NCBI GenBank assembly: GCA_963767485.1
Contig: CAVYDZ010000004.1
Location: forward strand, 109,744-173,743
From: Terriglobia bacterium
GTDB lineage: Bacteria > Acidobacteriota > Terriglobia > Bryobacterales > Bryobacteraceae
Length of the DNA: 64,000 bases
Direction of reading: 5' to 3'
Shown here: positions 22,877 to 32,808 of the stretch, in pieces
Numbering within the stretch: position 1 is the stretch's first letter
Layout: every line of letters begins with the position of its first letter
The notes under the pieces: model-generated
Database searches by the model: none
Told to the model about the DNA's origin: nothing
Seen by the model: only the letters and a program-made list of their open reading frames with translations
Position numbers and translations under genes: made by a program

Positions 22877-23022
22877 TTTCGTTACGCGGTTACTCGCCGC
22901 ACGTTTGCCGCTACGTGCCGGGCTTGTTCAAAGCTTCAAAAAAATCGGAAACGGGCGCACTTTTCAGCATAACTTTCCGGCGTTTACGGGTGTCTACCGG
23001 ACGGAGGCTCTTCGCAATTCGA

Positions 23023-23706
23023 ATGAAGCTAATTACAACCTGCTGCCTGTTGGCGGCTTTTAGCGCAACCACCTTGCTGGCGGCGGATGAGGATACCGCT
23101 CGCCTCAAAGAAGCGGGCGAAGTCCTAACCGAGATCATGGGAACGCCTGATAAATCAATCCCACAGGATCTCTTTGCCAAGGCGTACTGCGTCATCGTGA
23201 TTCCGAGCATGAAGAAGGCCGGCTTTATTTTTTCCGGTAAGTATGGGCGCGGCTTTGCCTCCTGCCGCAAAGAAGGAGGCGGCTGGACCGGGCCCGCTGC
23301 CATGCGCATCGAAGGCGGCGGCTTCGGATTGCAAATCGGCGGCTCGGCTACCGACATTGTCATGCTCGTGATGAGTAAAAAAGGCATGGATGGCGTGTTG
23401 AGCAGCAAATTTACTCTCGGAGGCGAAGCCTCGGCGGCTGCGGGTCCCGTAGGCCGTGACGCCACAGCCCAGACTGACGCCACGATGCGGGCCGACATTC
23501 TCTCCTGGTCCCGCTCGCGCGGCATCTTTGGCGGCATCTCGCTGCAAGGCGGCACTCTCCGCGCCGATGAAGATGTCGATAAAGCGCTCTATGGTCAAGC
23601 CGAAACCAGCAAGGCCATTCTAACGGGCCAAGTCCCCGCGCCTGCCGGTTCGGAAGCGTTCTTAAGCAAACTGTCGCAATACGGCGGCCAACAGCAGACT
23701 AAATAA
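23023..23706 (+). CDS. SYLF (Ysc84/DUF500) lipid-binding domain protein, secreted
   Basis: Start MKLITTCCLLAAFSATTLLAA is a signal peptide. Body: CVIVIPSMKKAGFIFSGKYGRGF...GGGFGLQIGGSATDIVMLVM. Confidence 0.65.
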   Translation: MKLITTCCLLAAFSATTLLAADEDTARLKEAGEVLTEIMGTPDKSIPQDLFAKAYCVIVIPSMKKAGFIFSGKYGRGFASCRKEGGGWTGPAAMRIEGGGFGLQIGGSATDIVMLVMSKKGMDGVLSSKFTLGGEASAAAGPVGRDATAQTDATMRADILSWSRSRGIFGGISLQGGTLRADEDVDKALYGQAETSKAILTGQVPAPAGSEAFLSKLSQYGGQQQTK

Positions 23707-24744
23707 TTATTTCAGAACGCTCGTCAGATAATCGGCCACGTCTTTGGAATCGATCGGCGCCATGCGTCCGATGATCTCGGCCTTCACGCGGGGATCTTTC
23801 TCCTGCTTTGCCAGCGTAATCAGCGCGTTGCCGTTACGCTGGTTCCCCAGCGCAGTCAATACGGCCGCGCGCACTTCCGGATTTTTATCGGTCTCAAACA
23901 CGGAAACGAGCAGGTCGCTGTCGCCACCTTTGTTCAATGCAGCCAGTGACTGAATCGCCGTAACGCGCATCGTCGGATTCAGGTCTGTCTTTGCCACATG
24001 TTCGAGGAACGGAACCGAATCCTCCGCGGTCGAGCTCCGCAAAATCGTTGACTTCACTTTCGGATCCGGCGTCAACGTGTAAAGGGTCGTAAGATTTTTC
24101 TGCGAAGCCTTGTTTCCCACCATCCCCATGAGCCGGATCGCCTGAAGCTGCAGCGCCAGGTTGGAGTTGCCGGCCGCTACGCTCGTCAGGAGTTTATTCG
24201 CTTCCGGCGTCGGTGTTTGCGCCAGCACATACAGCGCCTGCTCTTTGACGCGCTCGGGATCGCTGCTCACCAAGACCTTCTCGAGTGTCGGAAACGCCTT
24301 CCCTGGATTCGACTGCATCAGTTTATTCGCCGCCATCAGCTTCAGTCCCGCATCGGTCGCGGCTCCAAAATGCACCGGATACCCCGCCGCCGACCGGACT
24401 TCAAATTCCAAAGCCTCGGCATCTTTCAACCAGTTGGTCGCTGGAAATTTGGAGCGTAGCAGAGCAAGCGTCTCAAGTGCGGCCGCACTCTCGCCGTTGC
24501 GCGCTTGGGCGTACGCCATCCAATAAAGCGCTGCATCCGCATTTCCAGCGCCCCGGCTGGCGTACGCCTTGAACGAGGAGATCGCCTCCTGCCATTGATG
24601 CGCATCCAACTCGTTCAGCCCTTGCTGGTAATCTCCGTACTGCGCAGCCGCCAGCGCGGCGCACACCAATCCAAGTAAAATGGCGCGTGTCAGAGCCTGC
24701 TCCCTTTTCGCCGCGCATCTGCGCTGGTCAACCGTACCTTCCAT
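23707..24744 (-). CDS. HEAT-repeat protein with an N-terminal TM/signal and a TPR-like segment
   Basis: Repeated DPxVK/R motifs (DPERVKEQALYVLA, NPTMRVTAIQSLAA, NPEVRAAVLTALG, DPRVKAEIIGRMA). Third gene of the ECF operon. The annotated ATG overlaps the anti-sigma gene by 55 nt, so the start is uncertain. Confidence 0.6.
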   Translation of the reverse strand: MEGTVDQRRCAAKREQALTRAILLGLVCAALAAAQYGDYQQGLNELDAHQWQEAISSFKAYASRGAGNADAALYWMAYAQARNGESAAALETLALLRSKFPATNWLKDAEALEFEVRSAAGYPVHFGAATDAGLKLMAANKLMQSNPGKAFPTLEKVLVSSDPERVKEQALYVLAQTPTPEANKLLTSVAAGNSNLALQLQAIRLMGMVGNKASQKNLTTLYTLTPDPKVKSTILRSSTAEDSVPFLEHVAKTDLNPTMRVTAIQSLAALNKGGDSDLLVSVFETDKNPEVRAAVLTALGNQRNGNALITLAKQEKDPRVKAEIIGRMAPIDSKDVADYLTSVLK

Positions 24745-25397
24745 AGCAGTCCGTCCTTTTCTATCCGCGTTTGCAGCAGTTTCAAATCACTCAACGGCGC
24801 GTCATCCGGTGTATTCGCCAAATCGACCAGAGCGCGTTCCAAGTCGTCCAGCAGCGCTGCATGAGATCGATCTCCCAGGTGCAGCGCCGTTTGCCGCAAC
24901 AGGCGGTTTTCGCCCACCAGGTCTCGCGCCCGCTCGCGCTCTTCCGGCAAGTCGATCGAGCCAGGACTCAAATGCACCAGGTCAGCCAGCACAATCTGCG
25001 ATCGCTCCAAATGATCGCTCATGGCGATGAGCAGCACCCGTTCGCGCGCTTTCGATATGGCGACTGTCCGTTTGTGTTCCGTCCAAAAACCTAGTCCGAA
25101 CGCCACGCACAGCAAGGCCGCCAGTGCTGGCGCAAGTATCCAGACCCGTTTCCAGAAGTTTTTCTGCGGCGCGGGCAGTTGCGGCGCGAGGCGATTCCAA
25201 ACGTCCTGCGGATAACTGATACCGCGTTCAGGAGCCCGGTACGCGTCGAATACCGCGAGCGTTTCCTTCAGCAGGCGAAGTTGTTCCCGGCACTCGCCGC
25301 ATTCGCGCAAATGCGCCCCCCAAGCCCCTGCGCCATCTTCATACAGCGCGTGAACCAGCTCTTCACTCGACAGATGCGTCATCGCAGTCTCCCCCAA
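24690..25397 (-). CDS. Anti-sigma factor (zf-HC2 type, single TM)
   Basis: The H-x3-C-x2-C motif is in HLRECGECREQL. TM segment VWILAPALAALLCVAFGLGFW. Overlaps the 3' end of the ECF sigma gene. Confidence 0.75.
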   Translation of the reverse strand: MGETAMTHLSSEELVHALYEDGAGAWGAHLRECGECREQLRLLKETLAVFDAYRAPERGISYPQDVWNRLAPQLPAPQKNFWKRVWILAPALAALLCVAFGLGFWTEHKRTVAISKARERVLLIAMSDHLERSQIVLADLVHLSPGSIDLPEERERARDLVGENRLLRQTALHLGDRSHAALLDDLERALVDLANTPDDAPLSDLKLLQTRIEKDGLLWKVRLTSADARRKGSRL

Positions 25398-25927
25398 GCC
25401 GGTTCCAATGCTCGCCTGAGCTTTTGCACGGCGCGGAAAACGCTATGCTTCGCTGCGTTCGGCTGTACGCCCAACGCCGCCCCGATTTCCTCCATGTCGC
25501 ATCCTTCGCAGTGCCGCAACAGGAAGGCCGCGCGTTCCATCTCGCTCAACTGGTGCAACGCCGGCTCCAGCAGATCCGCAATCTCGCCGCTATTGCGCAA
25601 GCGTTCGGGTCCAGGCTCGTTTGCAACCGCCTCCGGCCCAGCGTTGCTTTCCCGCCGGACCCGCCGGGCCCGCAGCAAGTCGAGCGAGCAGTTCACGCAG
25701 ATCCGGTACAGCCACGTTCCGAAGGCGCACCGGCCATTGAATTTGTCTAATTGTTTATAAGCGCGCAGGAAGGTTTCCTGCACGAGATCTTCGGCATCCT
25801 GTTCATTGCCGCACATGCGAAACGCCAGGCGAAAGAGCCCGTGACTGTGCCGCTCCACCAGCGTACGAAAGGCAAGTTGATTCCCTTTGCGCGCCTCGGC
25901 TGCCGCCCGCTCGTCGGTCCATTCCAT
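25379..25927 (-). CDS. ECF-type RNA polymerase sigma-70 factor
   Basis: Region 2 (AEDLVQETFLRAYKQLDKF, FGTWLYRICVNCSLDLLR) and region 4 (LSEMERAAFLLRHCEGCDMEEIGAALGVQPNAAKHSVFRAVQKLR). Confidence 0.9.
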   Translation of the reverse strand: MEWTDERAAAEARKGNQLAFRTLVERHSHGLFRLAFRMCGNEQDAEDLVQETFLRAYKQLDKFNGRCAFGTWLYRICVNCSLDLLRARRVRRESNAGPEAVANEPGPERLRNSGEIADLLEPALHQLSEMERAAFLLRHCEGCDMEEIGAALGVQPNAAKHSVFRAVQKLRRALEPAWGRLR

Positions 25928-26025
25928 CCCGTCAGTCCTTAGACTCGCAAGTCGCGGTGCAGTTAGGCAACTGCCGGGAAAAACGGGATGGCGCGGACGA
26001 TTTTGTCGTCCGCGTTCTTTATCTG

Positions 26026-27198
26026 CTACCGCCGGCCGCCGCCGCCATGATAGCCACCACCGGCGTACCCATGGCCGCCGCCATAATATCCACGGCCGCC
26101 GCCATAGTATCCACGACCGCCGCCGTAGTATCCACGGCCGCCATACCAGCCGCCGCCATAAAACGCGAACGACGGGCCCCAGTATGGATATCCCCAGCCG
26201 AACCCCGCATAATACGGATACCCATACGCGTAATTGTTGTAAACCACGGGCGGAGCAGGAGCACCGCTCTGATACGGTCCCGCATCTCCATAATTCGTGA
26301 ACGTCGGCCGGTCATATTCATTCGGCTGAATATAGCGGAAGGCCTGCGCGCTGTTGGCGGTCGAAATAGTCACTGGCGCCTGGACCCGGAAGGTGAGAAT
26401 CTGTTCCGGATAAACTACGCTCGCATGATTGCGCGTCACCATGACGCCAATCAATCCCGCTACTGCGCCCGCGCCCGCACCGATCGCCGCGCCCGTTCCC
26501 CAACCCGCAATCGCACCAATCGCCGCGCCCGCGCCGGTGGTTGCCGCCACTGTGCCTACCTGCGTTCCCTTGGAAGTCGTCCCGCCCTCCCGGCTCACAA
26601 ATTGGGTAGCGATCGGCACTTGCTGCCCATCCACCAGAGACAAATTGGTCAACTGAATGCCGAGCCGCCCCGGCGTGTCGGCGTGATGCCTATCAGCGGT
26701 AACCACGCGCCCTGCCGCTGTCTGCCCGGGCTCGGCAATCACTACGCCATTCGCCACAACCGGTTGCGCCAGCGATGCCGTAAACGCGTCGCCCGGCTGA
26801 TTCTTGTCGGAAGAAAGCATCTGGTTGATGCGGACTGTCAAAAATGTACCCGCCTGCATGGTGACCTGTGCTGGAACTGGCGGCGGTGGCGGATAGTTCT
26901 GCGGCTGCTGCCGGTTAGCGTACGGTGGATATTGGCTGCGGCCGTTGTTCATCGGAGGGTTCGCCGGAGACTGCGGCGGCGGTGCTCCAGGATCCTGATT
27001 AGCATCTGGCGGATTTTGCTCGCTGTCCGGAGGAGCCGGAGGATTGTAAACCTGCGACTGATCCCCCACCCGCTTCCAGCCACCGTTCGTATCCGTGTTC
27101 GAATCCTGCGCGAACATCAGGGTGCAGGTAACCAGCAAGCCGGTTACTGCTGCGCGCTTGGCGCAGTGAATGAGTGGAAGATGATTGCGTGTTTTCAT
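26026..27198 (-). CDS. Secreted protein with a Pro-rich region, a glycine-zipper segment and a Gly/Tyr/Arg-rich repeat tail
   Basis: Signal-like N-terminus (MKTRNHLPLIHCAKRAAVTGLLVTCTLMFAQD). Pro-rich stretch (PPAPPDSEQNPPDANQDPGAPPPQSPANPP). Glycine zipper GAGAAIGAIAGWGTGAAIGAGAGAVAGLIG. C-terminal tail ...GGRGYYGGGRGYYGGGRGYYGGGHGYAGGGYHGGGGRR. Confidence 0.6.
   Translation of the reverse strand: MKTRNHLPLIHCAKRAAVTGLLVTCTLMFAQDSNTDTNGGWKRVGDQSQVYNPPAPPDSEQNPPDANQDPGAPPPQSPANPPMNNGRSQYPPYANRQQPQNYPPPPPVPAQVTMQAGTFLTVRINQMLSSDKNQPGDAFTASLAQPVVANGVVIAEPGQTAAGRVVTADRHHADTPGRLGIQLTNLSLVDGQQVPIATQFVSREGGTTSKGTQVGTVAATTGAGAAIGAIAGWGTGAAIGAGAGAVAGLIGVMVTRNHASVVYPEQILTFRVQAPVTISTANSAQAFRYIQPNEYDRPTFTNYGDAGPYQSGAPAPPVVYNNYAYGYPYYAGFGWGYPYWGPSFAFYGGGWYGGRGYYGGGRGYYGGGRGYYGGGHGYAGGGYHGGGGRR
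26053..26136 (-). repeat. 21-nt in-frame tandem repeats encoding RGYYGGG x3 plus a degenerate HGYAGGG unit
   Basis: The Arg codons recur at 26092-94, 26113-15 and 26134-36, exactly 21 nt apart. Confidence 0.85.
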
Positions 27199-27439
27199 AA
27201 CGGCCTACCTATCTCGACGCACTTGCTACATGCAAGTTGCATACCACTCTGGCCGCCATTAAAATTGTTTACTTGTCAGTAACTTAGCATCCCAGCGATT
27301 GGTCGGCTTCCACCGCGGCTGGTGCTTTTGAACCACCCCGCAGATTTCACGCGGCTGGCAGATCGCGGGGGATTGGTGCGCAACGTCTGCTGACTCGATA
27401 ATCACTATCGCTATCCTGTTATCGACAATCCTTCTAAAC

Positions 27440-27669
27440 TAAACTCGCACCAATGGTTCGTAAGCGGCCGCCTTTCAATTGGACCAGGCTCAAGGCCAGT
27501 AAATCCCATAAGCCCGGTACACGTCGCCGCTGCTGGGGAGGACAAGGCGTTTCGCCAATCGACCGAAAGTTTGCACGGCCGCCCACGCATCCTGAAATCC
27601 GGTTTCGCACAGACCTCGTACTACTTATGGTCCAATGAATCCAGTACCGCCGATCATCAGAACCCTCAT
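27440..27669 (-). pseudogene. Relic of an NAD-dependent epimerase/dehydratase gene
   Basis: The minus strand from ATG 27669 reads MRVLMIGGTGFIGP-stop(TAA)-VVRGLCETG. It then jumps to ...LVLPSSGDVYRAYG, which resembles the catalytic Ser/Tyr region. A third frame gives GLEPGPIERRPL. This pattern fits a Rossmann N-terminus with an in-frame stop, an internal deletion and frameshifts. Confidence 0.4.
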
Positions 27670-27886
27670 TCGCCCCGCAACCCCTTATGGACTATAGTAA
27701 TGATTGCTGACCTGCTTTGAAGGCTTCGGAAACGAAGTCTATCAGCGACCGCCGGGGTGAAACGCAGGATGGGCTGCCGCCGCGGGGTTTCCGGTTTCCT
27801 GACACACAAAAACCGGCTTCAACCAACCGCCGCTCGGTCCATGGCTGCCGATTGCTATAAACTCGAATTACCTCAAAGGAGTTCGT

Positions 27887-28375
27887 ATGAGGAAAACGTG
27901 GGGCGCTTTCAGCCTGATTCTGGTTCTGCTAATCCTGACCGTTCCATTGTTCGCCAAGGGAGACACCGTCCGGATCACAATCGCCGGATCTGCTTTCGCG
28001 GCCCCAATTGTGATCACTGATCCGGCAGTACTTGCCCGATTTGAAGTGTGGTCGGGATCAGGAACAGGCTCAAACCAAACCAATGGTTTGAATATCGATT
28101 GGTCTCGGACGGTGGCCGAGCTGCCGAAAGATCTCAAACTCTACATCGTCTCTTTTGTAACAACGCGTTCCAATCCCAGCACGTACACGGTCAGGTACGC
28201 AGTCGATCCGGCGACCAGGCAGGGATACGTGTATATCCCGGGCAAGGCCGATCCAGAATATCGAGATAACGTCTGGTTAGTTTATCGCGGGATCGAAGGC
28301 AACTGGTTCCACGCTTCGAAGGAATGGGAGCAGCTGGCAAACCCGCTGATCGCCAAGGCCGAGCGTTCCCGCTGA
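27887..28375 (+). CDS. Hypothetical secreted protein
   Basis: RBS aaggag upstream. Signal peptide MRKTWGAFSLILVLLILTVPLFAKG. No domain recognised. Confidence 0.5.
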   Translation: MRKTWGAFSLILVLLILTVPLFAKGDTVRITIAGSAFAAPIVITDPAVLARFEVWSGSGTGSNQTNGLNIDWSRTVAELPKDLKLYIVSFVTTRSNPSTYTVRYAVDPATRQGYVYIPGKADPEYRDNVWLVYRGIEGNWFHASKEWEQLANPLIAKAERSR

Positions 28376-28404
28376 TCCGCCCGTCGCGGGTCTGAAATTT
28401 GGCT

Positions 28405-28839
28405 CTACGGAAGACTCCCTCGCTCTTTTCTTAAATTCCGCATTCGCCGCTGGTAATTGCGCTGTTCCAGCCCGAAATACGTCGCCGCCGGATACACGAC
28501 GCCCAGCAACAACCCCACAGTCACGCTGCGCGTCGGTACCCAGAACCCGTACCCCAATACGAGAAATCCTGCCGTCCGCGAAAGCGCCTCGAATAACATC
28601 AGCCCAGTCAACCACCGCTGCTCCCGATCAAGCCACATCTGTCCGCTCGAAGTGTCTCGCAGCCGATACAATGCCAACACGGCGCTTCCCGCGTACGAAA
28701 CCAGCAAAATGAGCAGCCCCGGCCGCAGACTCGGCCATTTCGTCTGCCACAGAAGCACGGCCAGCAGCACCGCTATCAGGCCGCTCGATTTGGTTTGCCT
28801 GGCATATCGCTCGCGTGCCGCCACCGCATAACTGCTCAT
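28405..28839 (-). CDS. Hypothetical membrane protein (about 4 TM)
   Basis: 144 aa with hydrophobic segments ([48 protein letters not shown]). Divergent from msrB. Confidence 0.45.
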   Translation of the reverse strand: MSSYAVAARERYARQTKSSGLIAVLLAVLLWQTKWPSLRPGLLILLVSYAGSAVLALYRLRDTSSGQMWLDREQRWLTGLMLFEALSRTAGFLVLGYGFWVPTRSVTVGLLLGVVYPAATYFGLEQRNYQRRMRNLRKERGSLP

Positions 28840-28896
28840 CGTAGCCAGTCTAGCGGGGTGAGGTGGAAGACCAAATTGGGAGAGAATGAGAACGGG

Positions 28897-29472
28897 ATGA
28901 ATGCCGGTACATCGCGCCGCGCACTATTGATCATGCCGGCCGCGCTGGTTGGTTGGATCGCCGTTTTCAAACGGCCCGAGCGCCCGTTTGCCGATCCAGG
29001 CGCCAATGGCACAGGCGATCCCGTCCAACTCGTGCTCTGGTCCGGCACCGGCGAGCGCCGCCTGGTCTCGGTTCGTAAGATCGTCAAGTCCGATGCCGAA
29101 TGGCGTAGCGAGCTGACGCCGACTGAGTACGCCGTCACGCGCCGGCAAGCTACCGAGCTTGCCTTCGCCAACCGGTACTGGCATAACAAGTCGCCAGGCG
29201 TTTATTGCTGCATCTGCTGCGGCGTCGCGCTGTTTCTTTCCCGCGATAAATTTGATTCCGGCACGGGCTGGCCCAGTTTCACCACGCCAGTCGCCCGGCA
29301 AAACGTCTATACCCGAATCGATAACACAATTTCTATGACGCGTACCGAAGTCTTATGCCGCAAGTGCGATGCGCACCTTGGCCATGTATTCAATGACGGG
29401 CCGCCGCCCACCGGCTTGCGCTATTGTCTAAATTCCGCAGCACTGCGTTTTCTTCCCTCTCATGTCGCTTAA
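28897..29472 (+). CDS. msrB: Peptide-methionine (R)-S-oxide reductase MsrB with an N-terminal export/anchor extension
   Basis: SelR domain with two CxxC pairs ([28 protein letters not shown]) and the motif GWPSF. The N-terminus [24 protein letters not shown] looks like a Tat signal or membrane anchor. Confidence 0.85.
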   Translation: MNAGTSRRALLIMPAALVGWIAVFKRPERPFADPGANGTGDPVQLVLWSGTGERRLVSVRKIVKSDAEWRSELTPTEYAVTRRQATELAFANRYWHNKSPGVYCCICCGVALFLSRDKFDSGTGWPSFTTPVARQNVYTRIDNTISMTRTEVLCRKCDAHLGHVFNDGPPPTGLRYCLNSAALRFLPSHVA

Positions 29473-30505
29473 TTGTTTGCTCGCATTCCTTACCCTTCTC
29501 GCCGCTGGCGTAGCTCCCTGGGAAATCGGCCCATTCTCTCGCCCCGTCGATCAAGCGGTCATCACGCCCAATAAGCAAAGCACGTTCGATGATCCGATCA
29601 CCGGAAAACCCGTGCGTTGGGAAGCCTTGCATACCTTTAATCCCGCCGCCACAGTCAGGGACGGAAAAATTGACGTCCTCTATCGCGCCGAAGACGATTC
29701 CGGCAGCATGCAGATCGGGATGCACACCTCTCGCCTGGGCTTAGCGGAAAGCTCGGACGGTATCCATTTCACGCGCCAACCCGAACCCATCTTTTATCCC
29801 GCTGACGACGATCAGAAAAGCCGCGAATGGCCCGGCGGCGTGGAGGATCCGCGCATTGTGCAAAGTGAAGAGGGTACCTACTACCTCACCTATACGCAAT
29901 GGAACCGCCAGACCTACGATGTCGGTATCGCGTCGTCCCACGATCTCGTCCACTGGACAAAGCACGGGTCTGTGTTCTCCGGCAAATACTCCACAATGCG
30001 CTATAAATCAGCCGGAATCGTGACCCGCATCGATCGCGATCATCTGGTCGCGGCGCAGATTCAAAATAAATACTGGATGTTTTGGGGAGAAGGGTCTATC
30101 CACCTCGCCACCTCCACCGACCTGGTCCATTGGGCTCCGGTCGAAACCCAAGATGGCGAACTGGTCAGCGTGTTAGAGAAGCGCCCGGGCCGCTTCGACA
30201 GCAGCTTCCCCGAAACCGGACCGCCGCCCGTGCTCACCAGCCGGGGCATTGTAGTAATCTACAATGGCAAGAACGCCCAGACTAACGCGTACGCGGCAGG
30301 GGAAGCGCTTTTTGCCAAAGACGATCCGCGGCACCTCCTGGAGCGCACAGAAAACCCGGTGCTGCAACCCGAACTTCCCTTTGAAAAATCCGGCCAATAC
30401 GTCGCAGGCACTACCTTCGCGGAGGGCCTGGTGTTCTTCCACACGAAATGGTTCCTCTATTACGGCTGCGCCGACTCCCTTGTTGGAGTAGCAACGGCGC
30501 CGTGA
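29462..30505 (+). CDS. Glycoside hydrolase family 130-like protein (beta-mannoside hydrolase/phosphorylase fold), secreted
   Basis: Signal-like N-terminus. Contains [45 protein letters not shown] and YYLTYTQW, which are typical of the GH130/DUF377 five-bladed propeller family. Confidence 0.7.
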   Translation: MSLNCLLAFLTLLAAGVAPWEIGPFSRPVDQAVITPNKQSTFDDPITGKPVRWEALHTFNPAATVRDGKIDVLYRAEDDSGSMQIGMHTSRLGLAESSDGIHFTRQPEPIFYPADDDQKSREWPGGVEDPRIVQSEEGTYYLTYTQWNRQTYDVGIASSHDLVHWTKHGSVFSGKYSTMRYKSAGIVTRIDRDHLVAAQIQNKYWMFWGEGSIHLATSTDLVHWAPVETQDGELVSVLEKRPGRFDSSFPETGPPPVLTSRGIVVIYNGKNAQTNAYAAGEALFAKDDPRHLLERTENPVLQPELPFEKSGQYVAGTTFAEGLVFFHTKWFLYYGCADSLVGVATAP

Positions 30506-30548
30506 ATCTGCGCTCCCGGTTCCCTGCCGGGAGCTTAAGCGACCAGGA

Positions 30549-32806
30549 TTAAGCCCAGGAAAACCCGCTCTTCACGAGCGGTAAATCTCGTATCCTTTCA
30601 CCTGTGGCTGCGAAAATCGCATTCGTCACAGCGGGTAAGAGCGGTGGCAGAGCTGGCTCGCCCAGACCGGTTGGGGAGTGCTCGGAATGCACAAAATGCA
30701 CCTCGATCTCCGGCGCCTGCCGGATGCGGATCAGCGGATGCTTGTCATAATTCGTTTGCATCACCTTGCCGCCCTCGAGCGTAATCTCCTGGGCCATCAA
30801 CTCGCTCAAGCCATCCATCACCGCGCCTTGCACCTGCGCTTCGGCTCCACTCGGATTCACAATCTGGCTTCCTACATCGCCGCACGCCCAGACCTTGTTT
30901 ACCTTCAGCTTCTTCTCTTTTACGATCACTTCGACGACGTGCGTGAAATACCCTTGAAAGCTGTAGTGAAACGCAAGGCCCATGCCCGTCCCGGGAGCCA
31001 GCTTGCGCTTGCCCCAACCGGATTTCTCCATCGCCGTATCCACGACGTTGCGCATCCGTGCTGCATCGTACGATTCATGCTGCGCGGCATCTTTTGTAGT
31101 CGCCGGCTCGTTCTCGACTTTCGGCTTGGCCGCAGCCGCTACTTTGTTTTTCCCCGGTTCCTCCAAAAGATCGCGCCGAAACTCCGCCGGGTCTTTTCCG
31201 GCCGCATGCGCCAGCTCATCAATGAACGACTGAAACACGAACGCCTGCGAATTCGCGCCTGGCGCGCGTAACGCGCCCGTTTTCAGTTCGAGCGGCATCA
31301 CCGACGAATAGATCGCAAAATTCGGCACAAATCCCGAAGGGAATTCGTTCGGCGAAATCGCCGCCGACGGCGCAAATTGATCGCCTTCGCCGTAACTGAC
31401 GAAGTGGTTCTGCCAAGCGACCAGCTTCCCGATCCATCCACCGCGCCCTTCAGGAAATGGAACCCGCCGGGCCGGTAATAATCGTGCGTCATATCGTCTT
31501 CGCGCGACCAAACCAGCTTAACCGGCACGCCCACCGTCTTCGCGATGTTGGCCACCTCAATCATGTAGTCGTTCGTCAGCCCGCGCCCGAACGATCCGCC
31601 CGCCCGCAGCAGATGAATCGTAATGGCGTCCGCCGGAATGCCCAGCACCTTCGTAACCAGGCCCTGTCCGCGCGCCGGAAGCTGTGTGGTCGACCAGATT
31701 TCCAACTTGCCGTCCTTGTAATGGGCGCTGCAATTGCGTGGCTCGAGCGGTGCGTGTGAAATGAACGGGTACGAATACGCCGCTTCCACCACCTTCACGC
31801 CGCCCCCAAAGGCGTTGTCGATGTCGCCTTCCTTCTTGAGCGTGCGCGCTGCCGGCTGCTTCGCCAGTTCCGCGGCCTTGCGTGCAAATTCAGCGCTGCT
31901 CTGCGTCGCCGCCGGGCCAAAATCCCATTTCACGTTCAGCTTCTTCCGCGCTGATTGCGCGGCCCACCAGGTCTCGCCCACAATCGCGATCCCCGGCTCC
32001 AAACCAGGCTCGCCCGGCGTCAACGGCGTAACGTTTACCGTGCCTGCCACCACGAATGCGTCTTTAATCCCTGGCAGCTTCTTGATCTCGTCCAGGTTCG
32101 CGCTCACCACTTTGCCGCCGAACACGGGGCACTTCTGATACACCGCGTAGACCATCCCCGGCATCGTGAAGTCGATGCCGAAAATCGGTTTGCCCACCGT
32201 GATATCCGGCACATCCACGCCCGTCGTCGATTTGCCGATAATCTTGTAGGCACTCGCGTCTTTAAACTTCAAGGTCTTCAAGTCAGGCACCGGCATGGCC
32301 GCCGCGGCCGCTGCCAGTTCGCCGTAACCAAGCGAGCGGTCCGTCGGCCGGTGATACACGCGCCCGCTCGATGTGAAACACTCGTTTTCCGGCACCCCCC
32401 ACTTCTTCGCCGCGGCCGCAATCAACATCTGCCGACCCGCCGCTCCTACTTGACGCATCGGAATCCAGTTGTTCGAGGCTGCCCGGCTGCCTCCCGTAGT
32501 CTGCAAGCCGTACTCCGCGCCGAAGTCCGCCTGCTCCACCTTCACCTGCTTCCAATCCACATCCAGCTCTTCCGCGATCAGCATCGGCAGCATGTTCTTC
32601 ACGCCCTGGCCAATCTCCGGATTGCGCGCATATAACGTCACGGTCCCGTCCGGCGCGATCTTAATGAATGCTTTGGCGTCAAACGGCGGCGGTCCCTGCC
32701 GGGATTGGGCGAGTGCCTTCTCGGGCTCGACGACATGCAAACCCAGCATCATCGCTCCGCTCGACAATGCCGTTACATGCAAAAACGATCTACGGCTAAC
32801 CTGCAT
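30549..32806 (-). pseudogene. Molybdopterin-binding oxidoreductase large subunit (IorB / aldehyde oxidase family), with a frameshift at about 31426-31433
   Basis: Tat leader MQVSRRSFLHVTALSSGAMMLGL begins at 32806, behind RBS GGAGGTG. The N-terminal ORF is native up to [12 protein letters not shown]. The C-terminal ORF resumes with [15 protein letters not shown] in another frame. The junction tcgggaag is compatible with loss of one G. Confidence 0.75.
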
Positions 32807-32808
32807 GG

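Noticed and set aside
25957-27282. 441-aa ORF on the plus strand, longer than the 390-aa minus-strand ORF it overlaps
   Set aside because: Its translation is Arg/Ile-rich nonsense (RRRLRRRCSRILISIWRILLAVRRSRR), typical of the antisense frame of a GC-rich gene. The minus-strand product has a signal peptide, a glycine zipper and in-frame codon repeats.
27700-27886. Riboswitch or c-di-GMP-like leader upstream of the 27887 secreted-protein gene
   Set aside because: Only a small local hairpin is visible (CCGGTTT...AAACCGG). No conserved riboswitch core is recognisable by eye.
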